Source: Octopus vulgaris (taxonomy: Eukaryota). Taken from it: a stretch of DNA of 64,000 bases. Where the stretch lies: positions 43,958,001 to 44,022,000 of the forward strand of contig OX597823.1 in the NCBI GenBank assembly GCA_951406725.2, given 5' to 3'. Below, one piece after another: positions 26,109-38,826 of the stretch. Under the pieces are notes generated by a model, which made no database searches, was not told the origin of the DNA, and was given only the letters and a program-made list of their open reading frames with translations. The position numbers and the translations under genes were made by a program. Numbering within the stretch: position 1 is the stretch's first letter; every line of letters starts with the position of its first letter.

Positions 26109-27338
26109 TGGGTCATCCCATAAATACTGCGGGTTTTTCAATTGCATGAACTAAAAGTCGGAGGGAGAGAAGGTAAACTACCTGCATCAACTTCCTATAA
26201 AAGCAGGTAGTAATTTTATCTTATCCTTATTCTCAGTGCAAGTTTTGAAGAGTGCAGTTATTTTTTCAAGGCTACAATGGAAGTGACAAAGGAGCATATT
26301 CGGCATATTTTGCTTTATAAGTTCAATAAAAGCAACAACGCAACGGAAAATGCGAGGAATATTAATGCAGTATATGGGGCTCGGACAATGAGCGGTAAGC
26401 CAGTGTCAACGGTGGTTCCAAAAATCAGAGCCGGAAACTACAGTCTAGAAGACGAGCCTCGTCCTGGAAGATCTGTAGAGCATGACGAGGACGCCCTGCA
26501 AAACCCGGTGGAACAAAAATCCTATCGTAACTGTCGAGGAACTAGTAGAGAAGCCTGGATTCAACCATTCATCGGAAAAGTCAGCAAATTGAGTCAATGG
26601 GTTCCTCACAAACGTACCGAGTCTAATTGCTCGCAGAGAGCGAATATGTATTCTTCTTTGCTGTCACATCTCACGAATGAACCTGTTTTGGAGTGAATAG
26701 TGACTGGTGAAGAGAAATGGGCTCTCTATAAAAATGTCAAGCGCCGAAGAGAGTGGATAGCGAAAGGAGAAACACTGGTACCCCAGGCTAAAGAAGGTAT
26801 TCACCCATGTGAGATGTTGTTATCTGTTTGGTGAGATATGAAAGATTTAGTCCACTTTAAACTTTTAAACCCAAACCAAACGATAACAAAGAAGATCTAC
26901 TGCGAGCAGCTTGAGTGGCTTAAATCAACGCTAGAAGAAAAACAACCATCTTTTGTTTCAAGACGAAAAGTGTTTTCCCATCATGATAATGCTCGGCCAC
27001 ATACAATGAGGATAACATTCCAAAGGCTGGAGCAGTTTGAATAGGAAACGATGCCCCACCCAGCATATTCGCCAGACATTTCCCCATCTGATTATCATTT
27101 ATTCCGCTGTCTTCACAATTATTTGGATGGAAAAAATATAAATTCCGTAGACGAGGTGAGAACAGTACTGGAGGAATACCTTTCTTCACGGAGAAGTGAA
27201 TTTTGGAAGAGGGGCCAGATAGATGGAAGAGCATTGTAGAAAATGAAGGAGCGTATATTCTAGATTCAAAAATAACAATATCTTAAATTTGAAAAATAAT
27301 AGAAGTATAAAAACCGCATTATTTATAGGATGACTCAA
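26108..27338 (+). mobile_element. Full-length, inactivated mariner (DD34D)
   Basis: TIRs TTGGGTCATCCCATAAATACTGCGG / CCGCATTATTTATAGGATGACTCAA with TA TSDs; split ORF with WVPH, VTGEEKW, HHDNARPH, YSPDISPSDYHLF; 34 residues between the last two D. Confidence 0.95.
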
Positions 27339-27356
27339 TATATATACATATATATA

Positions 27357-27503
27357 CACGACGAGCTTCTTTCAGTTTCTGTCTACCAAATCCACTCACA
27401 AAATTTTGGTCGACACGAGGCCATAGTTGAAGACACTTTCCCAAGGTGACACGCAGTGGGACTGAACCCGAAACCATGCGGTTGGGAAGTAAGAACGTAA
27501 CCA
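27357..27503 (-). mobile_element. SINE family B 5' half
   Basis: Reverse complement of the head and CORE-like part of 25556-25720. Confidence 0.8.
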
Positions 27504-27999
27504 AAGATATATTTGGCGAAGAAAGCCCATATACGTAAGTGTATCTTCTCACTATTTGGCTATATATGCATGCACGTGTGTATGTATGTAAGGAAGCCCG
27601 TATGTATGTATGTATGCATGCATGCATGTATGCATGTATGTATTATGTATGTATGTATGTATGTATGTATGTATGTATGTATGTATGTATCTATGCACGT
27701 GTGTATGTATGCATGCAAACATGTAGATATGTATGCACGTATATATGTATGTATGCGTGCAAGCATGTATTATGTATGTATATATGTATGCACGTATGTA
27801 TGTATGTATGTATTTATGTATGTATGTATGCAAGCATGTATATATGTATGCACGTATATATGCATGCATGCATGCAAGCATGTATGTATGCACGTATCTA
27901 TTTGTATGTATTCATGCAAGCATGTATGTAAGTATGTATGTGTATATGTATGTGTATGTATGTATGTATGTATGTATGTATATAAGCATGCAAGAGTTG

Positions 28000-28225
28000 A
28001 AGGCGTATGGCCTAGAGGTTAGGGTGTTGCACTCCCGATCGCGAGACTTGGACCGAGTGGTGCGTTGTCTTCTTAAGCAAAGCACTTCATCTCAGGTTGT
28101 TCTGTGATCACACCGTTCACCTGCTCAGACAACATCAATTTGATAGAGGATGTGAGCTAATGCACAGCACATACATTTGATCACTATAAACAATTCATTC
28201 GTGCAGGCTGGTCAACAAGAAACTG
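28000..28225 (+). mobile_element. Family A-related SINE with another 3' module
   Basis: AAGGCGTATGGCCTAGAGGTTAGGGTGTTGCACTC head, CTTAAGCAAAGCACTTC, then a distinct tail. Confidence 0.55.
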
Positions 28226-28933
28226 CAAAACTGTCTTTCTTGGACTAAAGAGACCACTAACTACATGTGCAAGTATGTATACTTATACTTACGTGCCAAC
28301 CAAGTATCGGGATCAATTTAATAAATATTTTATAGCATATCATTATAAACTGCATCAATGCCAGATATCCAGGCATTAGATTATCAATTCCCCTTATGTA
28401 TATTATTCCTCAGACGTTAGTTTCAATTACAACGGCCAAATAATATATCTGCATTACCAACTGATGATGTATGGCATTCGTTATTATAATGCAGGTCCAC
28501 TTAAATCTATTATGGAATGGCAATCCTTGTGATATTGTGAACGTTTTAACTTTTATAAGGCGTTTTTGGTGGTGGTGTTGTTTGCTGTTGTTGTAAGTAT
28601 TGATTAGTGCTGTTGTAGTTTCCATAATTTGTGTTGGTATTGTTGATGTGTGTGTGTGAAGATCATTGCGTCCTTACGTTATGTCATGTAAATGAAGCTG
28701 ACCGAAATTGCGCATGTAGATGTGGTGAGGTGAATTATGTCTAATGAATGGGAGGTGGGGTTCATAAATGCTTAGCTTTCGGTTCGAGTAACTTGGTCTT
28801 CGGGTGAGAGCCCGTGCTCTCTCCTGAAGATCTTGTCAAAGTTGAGCTCGAATCAAGAAATAATCATTGAGTATATATACATACATACATACACACACAC
28901 ACATAGATACATACATTCATACATACATGTGTA

Positions 28934-28986
<53 letters not shown>

Positions 28987-29040
28987 TACATGTATATATA
29001 GATGTATGTATATATATATATATATACATATACATATACA

Positions 29041-29084
<44 letters not shown>

Positions 29085-29187
29085 CATATATTTGTGAATG
29101 CAGGTATGCATTTATGTGTGTACGTATTATTATCTTCTGCTTTATGCCAAGTTATATACATATATATGTGTATATATATATATATTA

Positions 29188-29582
29188 CTAGCAGTATCGC
29201 CCGGCGTTGCTCGGGTTGTAAGGGAAATAACTATATAAGCATTTTTAGAGAGTTATAGCCAAAAAATAGCAAAAAAAATGCATTAAAAATTGAAAAAAAA
29301 TTAAGGTAAATTTTTTTTTAAATCGTTGACACATCGTAGATATTTTTAGAGAGTTACTTCCCTTATATAAAAGCGAAAAAATGCATTAAAATGGAAAAAT
29401 ATGATGGTAAATTTTTTTAAAATCGTAGACTCATCGTAGACGCGCGCTAATACCCAGAAGGGCTCGATATGAATCACGACTATAAGATACCCGCTTTTGG
29501 TTAAACTGCACCGCAAAATGTGGGAGTAATTACGAATGTAAATCGAAGGGGACAGACACACAACTTCACTCTTATATAAAGA
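29188..29582 (-). mobile_element. Non-autonomous Helitron, complete
   Basis: Minus strand reads A|TCTTTATATAAG...hairpin CCCGAGCAACGCCGGG...CTAG|T: canonical TC/CTAG ends, AT target and subterminal hairpin. Confidence 0.85.
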
Positions 29583-29595
29583 TGCTTTTTTTTTT

Positions 29596-29908
29596 CAGTC
29601 ATAGAGTTAGATTTATGAAGGTCTTCAGTAGAAAATCCTTCGAATTCTGACTCGCTGCTTGATATAATGAAATTCGTATCCATTTTTTGTCAGAATTACA
29701 AATTTTGAAAACACAATAGGAACAAATTTCGGCAAAAAATCTCCCATAATTCACGGAATTAAAATTACACTTCGATTTTTGTACAAAACTGTATTTGAAG
29801 TGTTTACGAAGTATAATACGTGTTTTCACGAATGTACTAAAGAGATTTACTCTGATATTCTCATTTAAATATGAATAAGTAAATTCGGGCGGTTTGGTAA
29901 CGAAAGGG
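29596..29908 (-). mobile_element. piggyBac-like left end with transposase N-terminus
   Basis: Minus strand TAAA|CCCTTTCGTTACC (TTAA|CCC-type end with one mismatch), then MDTNFIISSSESEFEGFSTED, an acidic N-terminus of the kind seen in piggyBac-like transposases. Confidence 0.55.
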
Positions 29909-29919
29909 TTTATATAAGT

Positions 29920-30361
29920 GTCGTCTGTTTATACATAAACACTGTTTCATAGTTTCAGTTTAGTCTTCCTCAAATCACTGTCGCTAATTTACTCTCTTCC
30001 AAGAACATTTTCACTCACTGTTATCTGTTAGCTTCCCATACATTTTACTCATGTATCTATCAGCGTGATAGACAGAAACAAATATTACATTTACTTTCAT
30101 TTTATTCGTTGCCCACTGTGTGTGTGCGTTTGCGTGTGGTGTAAACCAGACTAAGAAAAGCATTTGACACACACACCAGAATGTGAGTTTTCTGTAAATT
30201 TTGCTTAATTGGAGTTTAAATTTAAAAAACTGGACCTGGCATGACGCGATGCATTGTACTCTTAAAACTGCTAGGTAAATTGTAATTGAAGAAATCCTAT
30301 ATTGTAGATTTGTATAACTCCCAAAGGGAGGCAGATAAAATCTGCTTTTTATAATAAGAGA
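29920..30361 (-). mobile_element. 5' part of a second Helitron-like element
   Basis: Minus strand begins A|TCTCTTATTATAAAAAG; no 3' CTAG end found. Confidence 0.5.
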
Positions 30362-30365
30362 TAAA

Positions 30366-31158
30366 TCTGAAATGCGAAAAGTTTGTTTGTTTGTTAGTTT
30401 GGCTGGTTTTGGCATTGAGAACGGGTTAAAGGCCACTAGATCCCGTCGGATTGACTCCAAAATTTACAGGAACATGTAAAATGAGATGAGGATGTTAGTG
30501 AGCTAGGTTAGAAATCCCCATCTTAAAAGGTGTCGTTGCTAGGGCCAAAAACTCACTTTGACAAGTCTACTCTCATTCTTTTATGTATCTGTCTTCCTCC
30601 GTCATTCATACTCTTTCCTCCCTTCCCATCACTTTCTATATATGACGTTGTTTCACGGCGTCTATCTCCCTTACCTTCACTTTCTCTTTATGACGTCGTG
30701 TCACGGCGTCCTCAATCTCCCCCTCCTGCCCGCCTTCGACAGCGCTTTCACACACTCTCTCTCTCTACGTCTGTCTGCATTCATAAAGAGAATTATCATC
30801 GCCACGACTACCACCACCACACAATCATGAGAACAAATATTACGAATCAGATATTTATTGGGTATATTATATATATGTGTGTGTTCTATATATAAATATG
30901 TATATATAATGTATATATACAAAGTGTATATATCTGTATTTATGTATATTAAACTTTTTAATACTTTTTGATAGTTATATATATTTTTAAAAAATATGAA
31001 TATAAATTAATAATTTTAATTTAAAATTTAAATAATTTAAATTTTTTAATTTTATATTTTATATATTTTGTACATTATATTTTTATTTTTATGTTTTGGG
31101 TTATGTTTTTCACTGTTTAAATTTGCCTAATAGCGGTTTTATCTCTAATTTAATTTAT

Positions 31159-31225
<67 letters not shown>

Positions 31226-31250
31226 GTATACATTTGTATATATAATGCGT

Positions 31251-31303
<53 letters not shown>

Positions 31304-32176
31304 GTGTGCATTATGTGGTCGGTTGTGCTGAAAATAAGTACACCTATGTTAAAAGTGCTGGTAAGTTTGCATGACAACTATTTTTTTCCTCAAATGAAAG
31401 GCGTGACCTCTAGGACAAAATTCCTCATCTTATAAAATGTGGCCCGAGTAGACCCAAATGAAATCGGGTTATATTAACCAAAATGTGAAAAGGGGTCAAA
31501 ATGGGGCTGGAAGGTGATTAAAATTTACAGGAGCGGGTGCTTAGGAAGTCTGTTACATCAAGCTAAAAAATTTGCGCTAGCCATTAAATCGTTAATGTGT
31601 TGTTGTCGATGATGAAGAAGTTTTGAATGCTTGCCATGGTGAGTCTACTGTCGTGAGAAAGAATCACTTCAAAACTTGGTGTTTAGGAATTTTCTTTTAC
31701 AACAAGTTCAAAATTTTACGCCAGCCGTTAAACTGCCACTACGTTGCTGTCCGTTGCTAACAAATGCCAGTCATGGTGACTCTACTATCCTCAGATTTTA
31801 TATCTTCAAACTTTGGTTTCCAATATTTTTTAAAATTTTTATTCAGCTCGCAAGTTCGTCTGTCCCTTTTAAATGTTAGTGTTTTGCTGTCTGCCTTGAA
31901 GCAGACCTTTCCGTTATCACTGCCTGATATTTATGATTGATCTTTCAAAATATTTTACTTTCTCAACTTACTCAACATCTTTTATTGTTTATAAATGGGA
32001 GAGAGATAGATAGAGAGTAAGAGAAAGCGAGGGAGAGTCCGAGAGAAAGGAAGAGTAAGAGAGTGGGAACGTGAAAGAGAAAAGAGAGAGAAACAAAGAG
32101 GGAGAATGTGGTGATAAAAAACAGAAAGTAAGAACCACAGTCTTACCCGCGCGTAGAGCGGGTCACCTTAAGCTAG
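30366..32176 (+). mobile_element. Non-autonomous Helitron (~1.8 kb)
   Basis: Start region AAATGCGAAAAGTTTGTTTGTTTGT; 3' hairpin ACCCGC-gcgtaga-GCGGGT followed by CTAG|T at 32173-32177. The 5' boundary is approximate. Confidence 0.7.
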
Positions 32177-32187
32177 TATATATATAC

Positions 32188-32396
32188 ATGTGATCTCTTG
32201 AGCACCACCAGCAAAAAAATTTTTTTCCTCTGTCTTCCCTTCTTGGGATCTTTCCTTCTCCTTTGTTTCCGACGAAGAGCTCCGCTCGAAACGTTAAACC
32301 CTCCTTCCCTTCTTTCCTGAGCGTCAAATAATACTTTAATTGTTCCACGTCCTCGCGTCGCTGTGTTTTTTTCTGTTTTCTTGTTTCGATTAACTT

Positions 32397-32400
<4 letters not shown>
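32188..32400 (+). mobile_element. Hammerhead-bearing mini-element, copy 2
   Basis: Colinear with 9701-9908. Motif at 32265-32299 is GTTT-CCGACGA-A-GAGCTCCGCTC-GAAACGTT-AAAC (U4>C change). Flanked by (TA)n. Confidence 0.75.
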
Positions 32401-32436
<36 letters not shown>

Positions 32437-32966
32437 CAATTTAACGTTACAATAAAGGATTAGTTCAAACCCTTTAGTAGAGTACATATTTATCAACTTT
32501 TGAATGAAGTGGATGATAGCAAAGCTTCAGCTTGCTCGCTTTCGTCAGATTGTGGTTTATTTTCATTCATTTTTGACTTTATATAGTCTTTGGTAGGTAG
32601 TTACTTTTGGGTAGGTGAAATAATATGAATGATAATTAAGTGCGGAGTAGATGAACATGAAAATTAGTCGCGTAAGAAGGAGGAAATATAAGAGAATATG
32701 ATAAGAGTATTTGTTTGCGCGGTGCAGTTTGATAGAGAACTATGGTGAAGAGATTTATTTTGGTTTGATGTGGCAATTTTGTTATTATCTAGGGTTCAGT
32801 TAGGTGTAAAAGTGCAGGTACCAACATATGCGTCATAGTCAGATCACGACATTCTTTGTATATAAGGTTTTTTGTGGGTTCGCAACAGAACGATTGTATA
32901 TAATGCAATTAGACATACAACGGAGATCAAAGGTTGGATGGAGTGTTGGGTTTTATTAGCGTTCAA

Positions 32967-33403
32967 TTAAGAAATTCTTAACAGAATAATTAGAAAAGTT
33001 TGGACTGGAGATACTATATTACTGTAAATATTTAAGGTTTTCTTTTCTGTTTCGTGCGTAGCTAACACTAAGAGTGTATTAGATACTCTTGAGTGTATTA
33101 TATACTCTTGAGTGTATTATACATTTATAAGAGTATAGATAAATGGACATATGTAACTGTACTATTATTTTCTGTAGATATATCGATATTCGTTATAAAT
33201 CTATATCTATGGATGCATACATCTACAGAAAACGCGTCATTTCTATGCATTTATCTGGATGAATATTGACGGAATACACTCATCTGCATTTACAAACGTA
33301 TACAACCACGCCAGAAGCAGAGTACAAAGCGCTAACAACCATTTACAGTAACGTAGTCCCCTCAATCCAAACATTCCCAATTAATCAGTTTAGAATGTCT
33401 TAA
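32967..33403. repeat. ~440-bp degenerate palindrome (old MITE/foldback)
   Basis: Paired arms TTAAGAAATTCTTAAC/GTTTAGAATGTCTTAA, TTACTGTAAAT/ATTTACAGTAA, GAGTGTATT/AATACACTC, TTTTCTGTAGAT/ATCTACAGAAAA. Confidence 0.75.
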
Positions 33404-34132
33404 CAAAAAGCTACCTTAGTACATTATTGGTATTTTATCATACGGCTGTCATTCGTGGCCGAGTATATCTTGGTATCAGTAAGCACATGACTTTTACTCA
33501 TGTTTTATTTTCCTAGATTCGCATGTAGTTTACAAGTAGACGCAGGCACAGACAATTTCTGGAGAGAGGGAGGAAGACGAGGAGGAGGGAGAGGAGGAGG
33601 AGGGAGAGGAGGAGGAGGGAGAGGAGGAGGAGGGAGAGGAGGAAAGAGATATGAGAGAGAAGATGAGAAGGGAGACAGAGAAGAAGAAGAAGAAGAAGAA
33701 GAAGAAGAAGAAGAAGAGGAGGAGGAGGAGGAGGAGGAGGAAGGGAAGGAGGAGGGAGAGGAGGAAAGAGATATGAGGGAGAAGGGGAGAAAGAAGACAG
33801 AATGAGGTTGACGCACAATATTTAACTGCTTCTATTTTTCTATTGACTCCGGAAGAATGAAAGACAAGATAGGACTCTGCAAGATTTTGAATTCAGAACA
33901 TTTTGACCAGAAGAAATGCAACAAGGCAATTTTATCCGATGCTGTAACTATTCGCCCAGTCCACCACCATGTGTTACTGATCTATCCAATATACCTGTGT
34001 TAAGAAGAGGAGAAGTTAAAATCAACCCTGATAGGATTTCATCCCACGGTATATTATATTTATCCCACGCAACTCTGTATTTTGTATTTTTTGCTGAAAG
34101 GCTCTATCTTTTTTTCGAAAAATATAACTAAC

Positions 34133-34443
34133 GTGGAGGCGCAATGGCCCAGTGGTTAGGGCAGCGGGCTCGCGGTCGGAGGGTCGTGGTTTCAATTCCC
34201 AGACCGGGCGTTGAGTGTGTTTATTGAGCGAAAACACCTAAGAAGCTCCACGAGGCTCCGGCAGGGTGGGGGGCGTGGCGACCCCTGTTGTACTCTTTCG
34301 CCCCAACTTTTTCTCACTCTTTCTTCCTGTTTCTTGAGTAACGCTGCGATGGACTGGCGTCCCGTCCAGCTGGGAGAAAACACATACGCCACAGAAACCG
34401 GGAAACCGGGCCCATGAGCCTGGCTAGTCTTGAAAAGGGCAAA
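34133..34443 (+). mobile_element. SINE family A, copy 3 (3' module type 3, V-domain-like)
   Basis: Same head; the 3' part CTGCGATGGACTGGCGTCCCGTCCAG...GAAACCGGG resembles the V-SINE domain. Confidence 0.85.
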
Positions 34444-35013
34444 TATATATATATATATATATATAACTAACATTAATAGCATTATTTTCTCAAGTTCTGT
34501 CTTGTCATTTAGACAACACAGTAGTTGCCATAGTGGTCGTTCGTTGTTTCACTTCTTTTCCTTTTTTTCTTTTTCAATCATTTTTCTTTCCTGTTTTATA
34601 CGTTTTTTTTTTTTACTAATTGCTCTTCATTATCTTCGCTTATATGTAAAAACATTTTTTTCCTGGTATGACTTTATCTCTTTGTCTGCATGAATCGTTT
34701 CTGTTAAATTCACTGTCTCTTTCTGACGTTGTCGTCTCATGGTCTTAAATAAAGTCTTATAAAGACGTTTATTGTTATAGTGACTTACCGGATTTAAGCA
34801 TTGCAAAACTTTCATCTATTCATCAACCGTTTGTTTAATTAACAAAAGCCGTGTGTTGGTAACGGGAGTGGGGAAGAAGAGGTGTGGAATGGAAAGGTAG
34901 GATAATTCTTTTAATCATTCATATATTTTTAGTGCATCTGTCAGGATTTGTCTCTGATCAGAGTCACAACAGACAGATGTTTTATTGTTGTAAATAACAA
35001 ACACACGCGTATA

Positions 35014-35106
<93 letters not shown>

Positions 35107-35495
35107 TACATACATACATACATACATACATACCCAAACAAAAACTCATACATAAATACATACGCATATATGTATACGTATGTATAAACATATATATATG
35201 TATATATGTGTATATGTGTGTGCTTGTGGGTAAGTGTATGTTTTAAATATATATGTATACATACATCCACGCCTACGCACGTTCACACACGTACATACAC
35301 ATATACATAAACACACACTCGCAGACACATATATACACATATATACATACGCACATACATTCATGCATACTCATACATTTATAGATACATGCACATATAC
35401 ATACATACACATACATACATACATACATACATACATACATACATACATACATACATACACACACACATACATACATACATACATACATACATACA

Positions 35496-35529
<34 letters not shown>

Positions 35530-36116
35530 CATACATACATACATACATACAAAAACATACTAAACAATATTCCACTTCCGACTTCAAGAATGTATAATAT
35601 CATTGTATTATACTATTATTCTAAATGGTAAGTGTTAACTATTAAGATTTTTGGAAAAAAAAATGTTTTTGTTTTTTAATAAACATTAAGTTGTTTTATT
35701 ATTTGTAGAACAATAAAAGGAATCATTATTAGAAGAACAACTATGTTGTCTTTTCTGTAGAATACATCTGTAGTTGGGTAATGAAGTCTGCTAAAGGTCA
35801 GAGGTTGCTATAATTCTCAGCACTAATGGCAAACTTAAATTCGAATTGTTGATCGTTGTAATAAACATTAAATACCTGTTTTACTATATTACTATTTTAC
35901 TGCATCAATAACGTCAGATTTTGTTTTACAGTGCGGTTACTTATGGACGCTTGCTACTGACGAAGCCTACAGGCGGAAACTTCTCTGCATCATGATCTGA
36001 AATGTAAGATTTTTTTTCTTCCTTGATGACGGAGGTTCGATTTACCCAATGTTTATTTGCTCTCATTCCTGATTGCATATTTTGCTGAACTACATCTACC
36101 AACATTACGATAGATA

Positions 36117-36275
36117 TATTATTTACATCATTTACATTTGACGGATATTTGTCCTCATCATGTTTGTTGTTAACACAACATTTTGACTGATATACTCTCC
36201 AGTCTTCATGAGGTGTCTTGTGTAAATTTCGAACCTGGATTCTCATTCCTAAGGTGTTTTTCGATGTTCTTGTTG

Positions 36276-36340
<65 letters not shown>

Positions 36341-36476
36341 GTTGTTGTTGTTATTGTTGTTGTTGTTGTTGTTATTATTATTATTATTATTCAGGTCACT
36401 GCCTAGAATCGAACTCGGAATCTTGGGGTTAGTAGGGGTTAGTAGCCTGCGCTCTTAACAACTACACCATAAGCCC
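36117..36476 (-). mobile_element. tRNA-headed SINE with internal (AAT/AAC)n and a hammerhead-like tail
   Basis: Minus strand: GGGCTTATGGTGTAGTTGTTAAGAGCGC...GAGTTCGATTCTAGGC (A/B boxes), microsatellite, then ACAC-CTCATGA-A-GACTG-loop-CAGTC-AAAATGTT-GTGT. Confidence 0.65.
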
Positions 36477-36589
36477 ATGAAGCCCAGGTTCGAATTTTCC
36501 CCAAGAATGAATGGGTCATTTCAAAATGTAACTACATGTGGATTGTTGGCTAATTTTTTTTTCCTCCGTCTTCCTTTTCTCTTGGACTT

Positions 36590-36999
36590 TCAGTCCATTA
36601 TCGTTGAAAATTTGGGTATGAGACGCGTGTCTGCCAAGTTTGTGCCAAAACTGCTTTCAGCTGACCAAAAGGACACTCGGTTTCAGTTGCACAAGATCTC
36701 CTTGATTGCGTCGAGAACAATGAAAACTTTTTGAAAACTTTGAATGGTCCTATGAGTAGGTATCACCAAGCTTTTGGCAAAATTTGATGCAGATTCTCTG
36801 CTCAAATTTTTCTGTCATGGTTAATGCGGGGATCACACGCTATACACCTTCCTGCCAAGTACTACTGTAAACAGTGGAAGTGAGCTGGAACGTCAAAACT
36901 ACATGTACAGTAGAGTTCAAGGTCAATCTGTGCCAAGCGGCTTTACTCTGCGTACTTTAACTTTGTTACTACAGCAACAGTTTTATCGATCAGACTACG
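36590..36999. mobile_element. Rearranged mariner derivative
   Basis: + strand ENLGMRRVSAKFVPKLLSADQK; then on the - strand MTEKFEQRICIKFCQKL (transposase start) and a TIR-like end at ~36999 followed by TA. Confidence 0.7.
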
Positions 37000-37065
37000 T
37001 ATACATATACATTATGTATTAAACCCAAGCTGTTATATCTTATTTGTTTATCCGCATAATTCCCT

Positions 37066-37123
<58 letters not shown>

Positions 37124-37354
37124 ATATATATATATATATATATATACATAGTAGAAACTCGATCTTCTGACAACTCTGATCACGAATAAATCTCACTTTA
37201 TCTCCTCTCTTTCTCATATTCATTTAATACTGCAGTACTTCGGTTTACGAACGTCTCTGATTACGAATGAATCATGCTTTATATATATATATATATATAT
37301 AAAGCCCGATTTATTCGCCACCAGAGTTGTTCAAAAACCGAGGTACTACTGTGT

Positions 37355-37414
<60 letters not shown>

Positions 37415-38559
37415 ACACACATACACACACAAGGTAGGATGGTTGAGACTGAAATACTTTGGATCATAGATAAGATCTATTACAGCTTATCTGGAGCTAA
37501 ACATCAAAACCGACATTTGTGAAATATTTTATATTAAAAATCAACGTTGTGGCGCTAAATTTAACGGCTAAAACTATTTCCTGGCCACCATATTTTCTAT
37601 TCATTTCTAACAGATTTAATCTCAATTGCTCCAATTCACAATGGATTAATCTTCCTAGGTAAATAAAGTAATAATATCTTCTTTTTTTAATTGATAATGA
37701 GACCCTCAAATACCTCATACTTATATGCTCGTCTATGACAGTTGTTTGGTTTCAAATGAAAAACTGTGTTAAATGAATCAATGATGAATGAATAATAAAA
37801 CATATAGGGGAAAGAGACTGCCTCCAAAGACCCCAAGCTGTTCTGAACATTGTGGATAGATGCTGGGGCACGCTTTTGCGATTCACAAAGAATATTTGAC
37901 AGATCGCCGACCTGTGTGATTATAGACCAATTCAGGATGAGCTTAACACGGTTATCCCGAATCAGTGACGAATGAATCAGTGATAGACGAGGGTAGATGC
38001 ATTAACTTCTTTCACTGATAAGCCATAAAATAACGTTGTCATAGTGATTCGAACCAGGTACCTTGTGCTTGAAGCAGTCATGTGCTTTAGTTAAGTGATT
38101 AAAATATGTTATGCAGGGTTGTCAATCGAAATTCTGACAGTTTTGCTGTAATAAAATCACGTGACTTTTTCTGACGTTGTTCTGCAACAGACTAACGTTC
38201 CTGTCTAGGAAGGGTAAGGAGGAAGTGGAACGAGATTCATATATCGTCTAGTCGGCAGCTAAAAATACCGATGACAAATTCTCGCCAGAAGAAACTTGTC
38301 AGACATTTAATGAACTAATATTTCATAGTCGAATTCTCTTATTAACTGTTGTCTCTAATTAACTTCGGAGTCGAAATGAGAGAAAAATGAATTTATTTTA
38401 AAAGCCATTTGTAGAATATTTGTAGAATGCCGTATGAGAGTGAAGCCATAATGGCGTATGGTGTAGAGTAAGAAGCACTCATCCCGCCGTAGTAGTTGGT
38501 TTCCGGTCCAGATTCAATCAACCGAAAGTATTTTTCAGTCACTGCTATGTTCATGAGAA

Positions 38560-38826
38560 GACAATGAACATCACAACATCCCATTACCCAGCCTTCAGGC
38601 CCCATACTTTGGCTGCCAGAACTACGCCATTCTAAAACAGCTTTCAGATGTACACCACTGGAAGGGGAAAAAAGAGGAAAACCGAAAACTACATGGTGCA
38701 GAACATTCATAGCTAACACGAGTGTGGCCATTATCACACGGCCAGATGCAGAGAAAACCGCAACCAGTGGGAACGATTTGCGTTAAATTGATGCCCATGA
38801 GCACGGGAAAAATTGAACTGAACTGC
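38560..38826 (+). mobile_element. RTE-clade LINE 3' end
   Basis: HSKTAFRCTPLEGEKRGKPKTTWCRT resembles the RTE W-P-GKR-RGRPKTTW motif; short (AACTG)n tail. Confidence 0.75.
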
